Assembly (NCBI GenBank): GCA_012295275.1
Contig: CM022671.1
Coordinates: forward strand, 124,001-188,000
Reading direction: 5' to 3'
Source of the DNA: Chrysomallon squamiferum
Taxonomy: Eukaryota > Animalia > Mollusca
DNA: 64,000 nt
Each line of letters starts with the position of its first letter. The first letter of the stretch is position 1. A model generated the notes under the pieces. The model had not been told where the DNA came from and made no database searches. It worked only from the letters and a program-made list of their open reading frames with translations. This document shows positions 50,334-64,000 of this stretch, piece by piece. Both the position numbers and the translations under genes were made by a program.

Positions 50334-53221
50334 CACTGAAATAAACAAAATCTGTTCCTTACTGTATTATAATTCACTTAAATAAACAAAATCTGTTCCT
50401 TACTGTATTATAATTCATTTAAATAAACAAAATCTGTTCCTTACTGTATTATAATTCATTTAAATAAACAAAATCTGTTCCTTACTGTATTATAATTCAT
50501 TTAAATAAACAAAATCTGTTCCTTACTGTATTATAATTCATTTAAATAAACAAAATCTGTTCCTTACTGTATTATAATTCACTGAAATAAACAAAATCTG
50601 TTCCTTACTGTATTATAATTCACTGAAATAAACAAAATCTGTTCCTTACTGTATTATAATTCACTGAAATAAACAAAATCTGTTCCTTACTGTATTATAA
50701 TTCACTGAAATAAACAAAATCTGTTCCTTACTGTATTATAATTCACTGAAATAAACAAAATCTGTTCCTTACTGTATTATAATTCATTTAAATAAACAAA
50801 ATCTGTTCCTTACTGTATTATAATTCACTGAAATAAACAAAATCTGTTCCTTACTGTATTATAATTCACTGAAATAAACAAAATCTGTTCCTTACTGTAT
50901 TATAATTCACTGAAATAAACAAAATCTGTTCCTTACTGTATTATAATTCATTTAAATAAACAAAATCTGTTCCTTACTGTATTATAATTCACTGAAATAA
51001 ACAAAATCTGTTCCTTACTGTATTATAATTCATTTAAATAAACAAAATCTGTTCCTTACTGTATTATAATTCACTGAAATAAACAAAATCTGTTCCTTAC
51101 TGTATTATAATTCACTGAAATAAACAAAATCTGTTCCTTACTGTATTATAATTCATTTAAATAAACAAAATCTGTTCCTTACTGTATTATAATTCACTGA
51201 AATAAACAAAATCTGTTCATTACTGTATTATAATTCACTGAAATAAACAAAATCTGTTCTTTACTGTATTATAATTCATTTAAATAAACAAAATCTGTTC
51301 CTTACTGTATTATAATTCACTGAAATAAACAAAATCTGTTCCTTACTGTATTATAATTCATTTAAATAAACAAAATCTGTTCCTTACTGTATTATAATTC
51401 ACTGAAATAAACAAAATCTGTTCCTTACTGTATTATAATTCACTGAAATAAACAAAATCTGTTCCTTACTGTATTATAATTCACTGAAATAAACAAAATC
51501 TGTTCCTTACTGTATTATAATTCACTGAAATAAACAAAATCTGTTCATTACTGTATTATAATTCATTTAAATAAACAAAATCTGTTCATTACTGTATTAT
51601 AATTCTTTAAATAAACAAAATCTGTTCCTTACTGTATTATAATTCACTGAAATAAACAAAATCTGTTCCGTACTGTATTATAATTCACTGAAATAAACAC
51701 CATTAGTTGTTCCTTACTGTATTATAATTCACTGAAATAAACAAAATCTGTTCCTTACTGTATTATAATTCATTTAAATAAACAAAATCTGTTCCTTACT
51801 GTATTATAATTCACTGAAATAAACAAAATCTGTTCCTTACTGTATTATAATTCATTTAAATAAACAAAATCTGTTCCTTACTGTATTATAATTCACTGAA
51901 ATAAACAAAATCTGTTCCTTACTGTATTATAATTCACTGAAATAAACAAAATCTGTTCCTTACTGTATTATAATTCACTGAAATAAACAAAATCTGTTCC
52001 TTACTGTATTATAATTCATTTAAATAAACAAAATCTGTTCCTTACTGTATTATAATTCACTGAAATAAACAAAATCTGTTCCTTACTGTATTATAATTCA
52101 TTTAAATAAACAAAATCTGTTCCTTACTGTATTATAATTCACTGAAATAAACAAAATCTGTTCCTTACTGTATTATAATTCACTGAAATAAACAAAATCT
52201 GTTCCTTACTGTATTATAATTCATTTAAATAAACAAAATCTGTTCCTTACTGTATTATAATTCACTGAAATAAACAAAATCTGTTCATTACTGTATTATA
52301 ATTCACTGAAATAAACAAAATCTGTTCTTTACTGTATTATAATTCATTTAAATAAACAAAATCTGTTCCTTACTGTATTATAATTCACTGAAATAAACAA
52401 AAACTCTGTTCCTTACTGTATTATAATTCATTTAAATAAACAAAATCTGTTCCTTACTGTATTATAATTCACTGAAATAAACAAAATCTGTTCCTTACTG
52501 TATTATAATTCACTGAAATAAACAAAATCTGTTCCTTACTGTATTATAATTCACTGAAATAAACAAAATCTGTTCCTTACTGTATTATAATTCACTGAAA
52601 TAAACAAAATCTGTTCATTACTGTATTATAATTCATTTAAATAAACAAAATCTGTTCCTTACTGTATTATAATTCACTGAAATAAACAAAATCTGTTCCG
52701 TACTGTATTATAATTCACTGAAATAAACACCATTAGTTGTTCCTTACTGTATTATAATTCACTGAAATAAACAAAATCTGTTCCTTACTGTATTATAATT
52801 CATTTAAATAAACAAAATCTGTTCCTTACTGTATTATAATTCACTGAAATAAACAAAATCTGTTCCTTACTGTATTATAATTCATTTAAATAAACAAAAT
52901 CTGTTCCTTACTGTATTATAATTCACTGAAATAAACACCATTAGTTGTTCCTTACTGTATTATAATTCACTGAAATTAAAACCATTAGTTGTTCCTTACT
53001 GTATTATAATTCACTGAAATTAAAACCAACTGTTTATTTCTGTATTCACTTAAATAAACACCATTCTTTCCTTACTGTATTATAATTCACTGATATAAAC
53101 ACCAATTGTTGCTTGTTGTATAATAATTCACTGAAATAAACACCATTCTTTCCTTATTGTATTGTAATTCATCAAAATAAAGACCAGCTGTTCCTTACGC
53201 TATTGTAATTCATTGAAATAA
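50334..53221. repeat. 41-bp satellite array (about 70 copies), degenerating at the 3' end
   Basis: AAATAAACAAAATCTGTTCCTTACTGTATTATAATTCA(CTG/TTT). Confidence 0.97.
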
Positions 53222-53398
53222 ATGATAATGGAAACAACAATTTATAAATGTATTTGTTTTAATTTTGTTGTTTTAGTATATTAAAAATTCAAATACTCAG
53301 TTGTAGCTTATGTCTGTTACAGTGAAATAAATTGCAGTTGTAAGTTTTTTGCGGGATTTCTGAAATAATTATTGTTTTTATTATCATTATGGTCATTG

Positions 53399-53447
<49 letters not shown>

Positions 53448-54516
53448 GTTGTTGTTGTTGTTGTTGCTGCTGCTGCTGTTGTTGTTGTTTTATTTAGATA
53501 TTTGCTGCATATATATTCTAAATGTATGTGCGTGATTATCAAACTCAGGAAAGGTTCGTTTAGTATGAACGAGCACATTTGTAAAATAAAACTAAACAAG
53601 AGAAAATGATACTATTGTCCCGAAGATCAGCCATTCGTTAAGAAGCAGCACAAAGGCTAGCTGTGCGGGTTTTGTTTGTTATTTTATGCATTTTCCACGC
53701 TATGTTTTGACTATTTCTAAAAAAGCTTACGTCACTACGTATCAAGCCATTTATTTTTATGATTATTATTTTTTATTTCGAAAAGACTGAACAAACGAAC
53801 AGCTGGATGTAACGCATGTCTGAACAGAAGCATGTGTGCGTGCGTGCGTTTTGCATGTCACAGCGTCTGCGATGTGTTTATCTATCGTTGTTGCGTGCGC
53901 GAGAGATGACGTTAATCTCTCAATAATTCGTTTTGTTCCTCCGTGTATTCACTTGTTGATAGTGCATAATACAAGAACGTTTTGGATGCTTTGGTATTAC
54001 AGACTTTTTCTGTTTCTTTGACCTCGTTTCTTTTTCTTCTTCTTCAAATTATTACTGCTGCTGTTGTTATTGTTAATATTATCGTTACTGTTACTGTTGT
54101 TATTAACTGACGATGACAGTAGCAGTAGTAGAATGACTAGTTGTAGTAGCCGTTGTTGTTGTTGTTGTTGTTAATGTTAGTAGATAGAACTGTGATAACG
54201 TGTCAACGCACCGGCCCCCTGTGATGTTTAACTTGTAGATTTCCAGATTCAATGGATGAGAAAAGTTAATCGAAAATCACCAGATGTGTTTTTCATTGAT
54301 CTCCACATGTAACGAGTCACCGCTGACAAGGTGCGGCTTTAACATGGCTACTGACTCGTAGACTTTCAAAACAAATGTTTTGTGAGCACATTTCTGTTCA
54401 ATTATAACACACTTGTATTCGTACAAAGTAGTCTTATCAAAATTATGAAACTGATAATTCTGAAAGTCAAACTCGTTTTACAATATATATATTAAACTCA
54501 TTTGTTCATTTATCAG

Positions 54517-54530
54517 ATGTCACGTGACAT
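54517..54530. promoter_or_regulatory. 14-bp palindrome ATGTCACGTGACAT (CLEAR/USF-type E-box)
   Basis: Contains the full GTCACGTGAC consensus; a related TCACGTGAC lies at 55148-55156. Confidence 0.35.
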
Positions 54531-55495
54531 AAATGTCCCGAATTGTTCAGTGCCAGTTGCCGATCCAAACTGTGCATGCGCGTGATTCAGTATTTGCTAA
54601 TAATATTTGATTTACTACTTTAAGCTGAATGCTGCTAAGGGGATTGTAAACAACATACTAAAACAAAACATTTCAGTTTTTTGTTGCTTTGAATGTATTG
54701 GAAGCAAACATTCATATTACTATTAAGACAAGAAATAAAATCTTTGAACATGCTTTATCCATATATGAAATTCAAATGAACGTACATTGTAGATCATAAT
54801 TACATTTTCTATGTTTGTAGTATTATTGTTACCTGTACGTGTAGTAATGTCCTTATTGTTGTATCAATGCTGATACTTTTTCTTAAACTATAACTAAATA
54901 ATAAACAAACTAAGTAAACCAATATAAAATAAAATAAACTAAAATAGTTAAAAGATAACAAGACTAAACTAAGATTAAATAAAATAAAACAAGATAAACT
55001 AAAACAAAACAAAATAAACAAGCTAGATAAGCAAATAAGTACAAAAATTAATATTTGTTCAGATGTCACTAAAGGACACAGGCTGATCTGTACAATAAGA
55101 TAACCATATGTTACCTTGTTTCTGAAAATCGTCCATTTTCTAACATATCACGTGACATCCGGGACGTTCGTTTAGACAAAGAAGATACAAAAAACAAATA
55201 CAAAAAAATAAAAAATTAATTAAGTGCAATAGCTTTCAGAAATTTCTTACTTTTATCTTCTTTTTCTTCAAAAAGAAAACTATTGTTGGTTAATAAATGA
55301 GAGAGATTGCCATTCAACAATTAAGGTAAGTACATCACAAAGCTGAATACATGTTTGTCCTTACTCTGCAAATCAATTAACAATGGATGTGGGTTTCTTA
55401 TGGAAAGTATTCACGTACGCATGTGCAAGTGCGTGTGTCTGTGTGTAAATGAGTTCAAGTGTGGATGTATGTAGATATGTATATATGTATATGTA

Positions 55496-55548
<53 letters not shown>

Positions 55549-55694
55549 CTGTGACAAGCAAATTGGAAAAATAATATCGGCAATTTCATACTTGTGAAAA
55601 ACGTACAAATGACATTTTATAATACAAATAATATGTACCTTCTCGAGAAAACACATACAAATGCATACACGCAAGGTGTTTGTATGTGTGTATA

Positions 55695-55749
<55 letters not shown>

Positions 55750-56087
55750 ATTATTATTATTATTATTATTATTATTTTTATTATGATTATTTTTATTACC
55801 ATAATAAATACAAACGTTAACATTGTCTGATTTTGTTCTTAATACTACATTTTTTTTAGCAAGAACAACCACTGTTACTCTTCTGCTTCAGCTACTACTA
55901 CTACCACTACTGCTATTATTATTCTTAAATACTGTCATATATTCACTAATTGACATATACACACACAATCAAATTAACGCACTGGCTACGATAATATTTC
56001 ATTTATTACTACTTGACAAAACAAGAATCTAAGTTGTGCCGTCGATACCACTGTAAGTCTCTGAAAAAGAGATATTTGTTATATGCG

Positions 56088-56215
56088 CATTTCCTGTACC
56101 TATCACGTGATATGACGTGGTACATTTACATTCTAACGTAAAGGTTCAAAACGACGAATCAGAAACGAGTGGCTTGATCTTCGGTTCTGGATTCAGCACT
56201 TTGCTTTCTAGACAG
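56088..56215 (+). promoter_or_regulatory. Candidate promoter/first exon: ETS-like TTCC, palindromic E-box TATCACGTGATA, CRE half-site TGACGT, then donor cag|gtacgt
   Basis: Motifs at 56101-56112 and 56113-56118; donor at 56216. Motif presence only. Confidence 0.35.
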
Positions 56216-56624
56216 GTACGTAATACAACCACACATACAATCACCAACTTGCTTAATTGGTTTACTATTAGGTTATATCATAGGTACTCATTCGCTAGAA
56301 GAAAAAGAAAATTCTCCGAAATAAATAGATATAAGCGTATCTCTATGTTCGTTTTATGAATATTGTTATTTCTTAAAACACATGTAACAAGAGAAAAAGT
56401 GATAAGACAACAATACCACTACTACTAGCACTACTACTATTGCTACTTCTACTATCATTGCTACACCTGTTCATTTTACTATTACTACTACTACTGATAC
56501 TGTTGTTATTACTATTGCAACTACTTCTAATACTAGTAATAACGATAATAAAAATAAATAAATAAGTAATAAATAAATAAATAAATAAAAAGTGATTCTT
56601 TGCATGTCCAGTAGGACTAATACA

Positions 56625-56680
<56 letters not shown>

Positions 56681-56956
56681 GTCTATCCATTCATCTATCT
56701 ATTTCGCTGAAGGAATGTTTCTGTTAATTTATTTCAGTTGTTTCTAGACGAAACAGCTGTTACCTGTAATTAATCACGACTGGAAACAGAACATATGATA
56801 TCGTAACATGTGTCATTTTTAATTATTTGAGGTGGCAATGTATTTTGATATACTAACAAACAGAAAGACAGAAAAGAATTCGTGAACGTTATTTTATACA
56901 GTTTTTACATTGCTATTCTTACAGTTCTTTGAATTAGAAGCTAGCGTCTGATACAG

Positions 56957-57062
<106 letters not shown>

Positions 57063-57401
57063 CAGCCGTTGTGGTCAGCTGTTATTAATTTTTTGTTAAA
57101 TTTAAAATACACTTTTATATGCTTCTTTCCATGGAGAGAAGAGAACACAACTGTGTATCTGATACTAGTTCAGAAGACTTTAGCTAGAATGGGAAATTGC
57201 TCCCAGGCCCTGTTATGCCACTGAACTGAAAGATGAAAAAGAAATGAAGTTTATAAAGGATAACAAAACATAAAGCGGAGGAGATTTATCTAAGTTTAGT
57301 CTTTGAGTAGGTTTTAGAATCTAGCACTGAAAGTAAAGTTTACTTCAATCGCTTGGTATCTATGTGCCTCATTACAGAGGTCTAAAAAGTTCTTCTTTGT
57401 C

Positions 57402-57444
<43 letters not shown>

Positions 57445-57449
57445 CGTTA

Positions 57450-57491
<42 letters not shown>

Positions 57492-58534
57492 ACGTCTAAT
57501 GTTAAACTCAAAACGTATTTTGGAGAAAGAACAAAAAAAAAATCAGCAGAAAATTAGAATTCTAAATGTTAACTGCATCAGGATTTAGCTTAATGACTAA
57601 AACATTACTTTCCTGTAATATCTATTAATATGTCTTATAACATATTTATGTATTTTTCATTGCTGCTGTTTCGTCAAGTCACATTCTGAATTATCAATAA
57701 CTTGATGACATTTAGAGTTATCAATAACTTGATAATATTTAGAGTTATCAGATGTTTAATAATATTTGGTGTATCACTAGAAGTCTTTATCATAATATCT
57801 AAGAGGAAACTGATATTTTAGATAGATATTGTGCGCACAATTAATCGCAAAACATACTTTGGTAATGCAGCTGATAATCATATTGCATAAAATGGAATAT
57901 GGTGAGTCACATTATTTTTTTCACATTATATTTTCACTTGTTTTCAGTTGTTTTCAGTTGTTAAACTAATCATAATGATAGCAGTAACAACAACAATAAC
58001 AACAATAACAACAACAACAATAATAATTGTGTTTTGTTACTATAGTTTGTTCCCGTTTCGTTTCTGTTTAAATTCACAGAAATGAAACCAGTTATCCAAA
58101 AGTTAATAATGGGTTTTGTAGATATTTACGATGAAAGAGAGTCAAATTTTCAAACTGCATAAGTCACAAGACGATTCACGAGCGGATGAAAACAGTAAAA
58201 ACAGTTAAAAATGATAATCATTATGGCCCGACCCGTCAAAAACAAACGGCCCCGCACCTTATTTTATCAAATTCAACCTCTGCCATTATATCTTGAAATG
58301 TGCACTCACCAACAAAATATTTTCTCCAAAGGGTACAGTAAGAAAAACATTTATTATTATTATTATTAGTAGTAGTAGTAGTATTATCATCATCATTATC
58401 ATTTATTTTTATTAGTATTATTATTATTATCATTACAACTCTTTTGTCATTTTTTACTGCAGAGTTAACCATTGTAATGTTTTAGATTATGCTGCGAATG
58501 ATGTCATTAAGTAACGTTTATCTGTTTTCCTCAG

Positions 58535-58637
58535 GTGTGCCAAAAATTTCGTGCATAAAATCAGCAAGTAAACATCAGTGACATCAGTAATCAACTGAAG
58601 CCTCGATTTCATCTTAGAAAAAGTAGAAGAAAGAATA
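58535..58637 (+). other. Candidate non-coding (5'UTR or lncRNA) internal exon, 103 nt
   Basis: Strong acceptor tttatctgttttcctcag|G and consensus donor ata|gtaagt; stops in all three frames. Confidence 0.5.
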
Positions 58638-58650
58638 GTAAGTAGTGTAA

Positions 58651-58700
<50 letters not shown>

Positions 58701-59372
58701 TAATAATAATGATCGGAAGAAGAAGAAAAAGAAAGGAAAACGTTTACCCAAGCGAGGCGGGGAGAGAGAAAATGGCGATATACCTGACAAACTGTATTTC
58801 CTTTATTAATATTTGCACTGACATTTTTTCTTTCTTCTTCTTCTTCTTCTTCCTATTATTATTATTATTAGTAGTAGTAGTAGTAGTAGTAGTAATAGTA
58901 GTAGTAGTGTAAAGCGTTTCCATAAAAAAATTCGTCTTCTTCCTATTATTATTATTATTATTATTATAAAGCATGGATGCAAACAAAATCTGCAAACTGA
59001 CCATTTCACAGTCTCAGTGATAATTATAGTGATATAAATGAAATTATAATTTCTTGTAATTTGTATGTTGCAAACTATTGCCTCACGTGCTCTGATGTGA
59101 AAATCCCATTAAATCTCATCCACAGACAATCGTATAAATTATGTCCGTTGCTTTCATTTACCTTACAGTGGTAAGTGGAACGTCTTACTTTTATGTAATC
59201 GTTCGTTTTATTCATTTTAACCTGTTTCTTCATGTAACAGGACGATACACGTTTACGTATAAACCATTTGTCTAATGTAAATTAGATGTTATTGTACAAA
59301 ACCGTTTTTTGAATATTAATGTTATGTAAAGACGATTTGAAATAAGTATTTCTTTTTTCTATCCATTTCTTT

Positions 59373-59408
<36 letters not shown>

Positions 59409-60489
59409 CACTTTATTAACTACTATGTCAATAAAAATGGAATTTTTCGTTTATTACAACGGAAGAAGAACAGAAAAATTAAAATTTCATCCCCCCCGCC
59501 AATTTTCTCCAATTAAGAACTGCCGAGCAGACGTCAGAGTTCAGAATTCGCGCACATTTGCGTCGTCTTCTTTCTGCAACTTTCTGCGTGAATGTTTGAG
59601 CAGTTATGTCGATTGAGTAACTGACCATGGTTAATAAAATCGTGTAATTATAATTAATTACCACGAAACAGCTTTACGTGGCTGCGTTGATGTCCATACA
59701 TGATTTCAGGTAGGTACAGCCAGGGGTGCGAGTTACTGTAGCAATCTTCGTCATTGCCTCATTCACTCTTTTTCTCATTAAGGCTAATACCCACTTTTAC
59801 ATTCAAATGTCCATGATTTTCTTTCTTTGATAGGAAATGTCTCATAGTCCTGATTTTGAGAAAATGTAAGCGATTGCCGGATAGGCTCTAAAGAAGAAAA
59901 AGACTGGATGCCATTGGAAATGTATTTGGGATATTGAAAAAAAGAAGAAAAATAATTTAATTTAGAGCAGAACTGCTTTAAGCAGATCCGTTTCTCACTT
60001 GTTTGTGAAAAACAGTATAACATTAATACACATATAAAAACATTTCCTGAAAATTAAACAGTCAATTGTTGATCAACACCCATTTCCTACTTCCTTCTTC
60101 TGACCTAGTTATGAGAGAGGCATGATGTAACATCGTCAAGTACATCGCGAATTGTTTACGTGCAGCAGTTGTGTTCAGTGAATTGAACGTGTTGAGAAAA
60201 TTAAACGTGTTCTTGAAAACCACGACTTCTCGCACGCACGGGTTGAATACGCTTTATGTCAGGGGGTGGGGAATACGCTTTATGTAAGGGGGGAAACGGT
60301 TTCTGAAACAATATGTAACTTTATATTCTGACATTTGAATTTTTCACAGTTCTTCGCTTTGGTATATTTCGCCAGTGCTTGCCGCCAGATCTACTGCGTT
60401 TGAAAACCAGCTCGAACTTTATTCAGCGCATGAAGGGATATATACTTGTTGACAACAATTTTATTTATTTTTTTATTTATTTTTTATTT

Positions 60490-60540
60490 GTTTTAAGCGA
60501 GGGATCCGTGACCTGGGAAACACCCCATAATCCGCCCCTG
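60490..60540. mobile_element. Possible right-end remnant of a hAT-like MITE
   Basis: Ends in ATCCGCCCCTG, the reverse complement of a CAGGGGCGGAT-type TIR. No convincing left TIR or TSD found. Confidence 0.3.
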
Positions 60541-63315
60541 TAGCGTTAGTAGCAGTTTGCCCTCCCCTAGATACGAAGGGACAATTTCTTGTTACAAAAG
60601 TTTGATTTATCAAATCTTGATTATCAAAATATCCTTATCCCCTAACTGATAATGGTATCCTTAAGAAAGAAGGAAGTAGTTTTCTTAACACTTTTATTTC
60701 ATGATAATACAAGAAAATATTTATGTTTAAACATAGCTCATGCTTTTATCTTCGGGTAAAAGGATTTTGGAATATAAAAAGACAGCTTACAATATCATCT
60801 CAGCCTAAATACAAATTGTTTTTTTATAGAGCTTGTATAATATTTTTAAACAGTTTGGTAATAAACCAAAGTCTGAGTAATATAACATTATTTCTGCTGC
60901 TCAGAAAAAGTTTCAGATACAAGATCCTCAACCTGTATTTAGTTGACCATTTGAAATGCCTAGAATTATGGTTTGTATGAATTAATACCTAGTTAGTGAT
61001 TTTCATGTTATGTGTTCTTATATATAACTTAACAATATAGATAGAAAGATATTTCATATATTTAACTGAATGTAGTCTAATATGTATAATAAATATATAT
61101 GTTCAATGCTGAACTGAATGTAATACATGTATAATTAATATTTTTAATATGGTTTCAGTCAAAAACCTGTTTCATATTTACATTTGTATACTACATTTAC
61201 TTTTCAGCCATTTTCTGTGATTCACATTTATAATCACTAGCTACAGTGATCAAATTCCAACATTGCTTGTTTTGTAAAGTTATAACACTGTTTAAACAGT
61301 ATTTATTACTACCTAACATTACAGAAAATCCTTCCTTACTACATGAACAACTTTACTGAACAGAAATTTAATGCAGTGGTTTTGTTAGGCAGAAACTACT
61401 GTCATATTGCATGCTTAAGGTAACATTAAAAAGCTGTTAATGTTTTATTGATATTTTAAACATATATTATAATATTGATTTAGATTCATACATTTGGGTC
61501 AATTGTTTAAATACAAGGATAACTTTAACATTCACTGTGGTTTAAAATAACTCAAATTCCTTAACTCAGGATAAGATATGGTAAAGAAATTAGGTGAAAT
61601 ACAGTTTTCAGTTGAGTTTACAACTGATGATATTGGTAAAGAAAATAATATATGCATCTACCAAAGAATCAGCTGACCATGGTATTTTGTAATCCTATTA
61701 AGTTAGGGATAATAAATGTTAGGAATGATAAATAACATAGACACTGACATATAAGTAAAATACTGTTTATATTTTGAATGTAATACAATGATCTCTTAAG
61801 AAAGAAAATTCATTTGTACTAGATTATCAAGTTGTATTGGTAATTTTACTTTGTTTGAGTAAACTAGACATTTTGTGAATTATACACATTCACCCTTTTA
61901 TAAAATAATGACTTTTAAAAAAAAAATGTTAATGTTTCTTTTCATAAGAACCAGTAAGTCTCATGCACTTTAGTAATTTCTGAAGATAAGCTTTCTGGTT
62001 CTCATAATGGCTCCAGTAAACATAAAACATATTATATATATCTACTCGTTTTATTATATACCACTCCCTTCACATAACTAAAATGTTTTACCTGCAGTTA
62101 CGTGTTTAAATTAGGACATATTGAAATCTGTTACAGTAATTCGTTCTGTTGAGTTTGTGGTCAGTGAAGCTCTGTGGTATGAAGTATGACAGATTGTAGG
62201 ATCAGCTCTCTTCAGATAAATAATTTAAATATTTGCTTCAGTTTTCTTTCTCTTTGTGACTATGTTTTGTTTTTTAATAAGAGAATTGAGAACTGTTTGA
62301 TGCTAAAACATTATAGTGCATACATATAGACACATACTAACAAAGAAAATAAGAAAATTAGCAATATATGTAATATTATATGTTCAGAAATACTCATGAA
62401 CAGAAACACATATGCAGATAAGTAAAATATATTTTCTTGTTACAAGAGTAAATATTATGACACTCACCTGCACATAAATTTAAACAGCTAATCTACAAGT
62501 ATAATATCACTTTTCATTTACCTTGACATATTATCCTTGCTGGGAAATAGAATGTGCATAATGTTTCACATGAATATTTAAATGCTGAACAAAACATACT
62601 GAATTAATAATTTTCTGAATTATCAAATAACATTGATGAGTTTGTTTATTTTTATTTTTCTATTTTTTGTGTTTTCTTTTTTCTTTGTTGGAAATGAATA
62701 ATAATAATAATAATTTACCTTCTGTGTTGCCAGAGGTTTCACTACATTTTGTTAAACAGTGTAACAACTTAGCAGTATTGAAAATAATAACTTGCTTGCT
62801 CAAGCCTGCTAAGATATATATTTACTAATGAAGCACACATATCAATTATTAAAGCATGCCTATGATGGGCACACTTTGTGACAATGCTGTCTGTATATCA
62901 GTATGAAGCATTTTCAAAAATCAGCTGCTTTATATAGGAGACCTACCTGAGTATGTGTTGTTCCTATTGGTCAGTGAGGAAAAAGCAATTTGTACATACA
63001 TCAATAACCTTTTGTATAAAATACAGATAACAGTCTGCCAGTCACACATGCTAATAACAGCACTGTCCAATCAGGAAAGCTAACGTGTCTGTTACTGTAG
63101 TATATAAAGAGACAGTTCGTGTTTGTCAGTCTTATCTTGTGCATACAAAGTTTATCTGTATTGAATACACCAAATCATTGACTACATTCAATAATGTGTC
63201 CTGTCTTCTCTGTGTTTTACGGTTGGTGAAGGCTTTTTATTCTTTCTTTCTTTTCTTTTTTTTATCTTAAATTAATTTATATTTTATTATCATTATTATT
63301 ATTGTTGTTATTTTC

Positions 63316-63347
<32 letters not shown>

Positions 63348-64000
63348 CACAACAACCAGAACAACCTGGAAATATATCAAGTGTAAGAAATATTTGCAGG
63401 CTGGTACAAAGATAAACAGTGTGAAAATGATACTTGTGTGTGGGTAAAGGTGACTCAGAAACTGCTGTGTGTTGTTTGCATACAGAATAATAAAAATAAG
63501 TCAGAATGTGAACCAAATCAGTGACAGGATATACTGGATACTGCTTGACAATGAGGCATTCGGTTTCAGTGATATCAGTGTTCAGCTAATGGTGTCCAGC
63601 TGGGTGTGAGTGTAGATATACTGCAGCTAGACTGATACATTCTCTTAGATACCTCATTACATAAATAATATTACAGAGATAAATAAACTAGTTTTTTCTG
63701 TGGACATTTATGTAAAGTTTTACAAATGAATTTATTAAATTCAGTTCAGTTTTCAGAGATGTATTTTAAGCAGATAAATATACACTGAGTTTTCATGTAT
63801 GTATGTATGTATTCATTAAGTAATATAGATAAATGTAATACATTCAGTTCAGTTTTTGGACAAAACACTTTTACCTGAGACAAACAAATTAATATACTGA
63901 ATATATATATGTATACACTAAATTATACAGATTAATATATTACTGTTTGATATGTAGACACCAAGTTATATAGATAAATACAATACATTCTATTTGGCTT

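Noticed and set aside
57190-57223. GTTATGCCACTG resembling a hAT right TIR
   Set aside because: No partner TIR or TSD nearby; too short to call.
59190-60290. Several TTATGTAA D-box-like motifs
   Set aside because: AT-rich 8-mer expected many times by chance at this base composition.

Overview
AT-rich, microsatellite- and minisatellite-dense animal genomic DNA with spliceosomal GT-AG introns. The texture suggests a mollusc or cephalopod, which is inference only. Nearly all ORFs in the supplied track are repeat-translation artefacts. Three real protein-coding genes can be spliced by hand, all within the first 16.5 kb. (1) The last two exons of a Rab-like small GTPase on + (1984-2092, 2725-3019; exon 1 lies outside the window). 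(2) A complete 5-exon, 170-aa PfpI/YhbO-type DJ-1-superfamily gene on - (16486 to 7767) that resembles prokaryotic PfpI rather than animal PARK7. (3) A complete 3-exon, 202-aa Rab-like paralog on + (11596-12573) nested antisense in intron 3 of the PfpI gene. Both Rab-like proteins lack the canonical G4 NKxD and G5 SAK guanine-binding motifs but keep G3/switch II and a CxC prenylation tail. The window also holds a hAT-type MITE with TIRs and an 8-bp TSD, about ten tandem minisatellite arrays (units 12-68 bp), a dup-inv-dup fold-back and a probable assembly mosaic. From 17 to 64 kb I found no recognisable coding exon, only a few candidate non-coding exons and an E-box-rich promoter-like zone that may belong to a large + strand gene continuing beyond the window.
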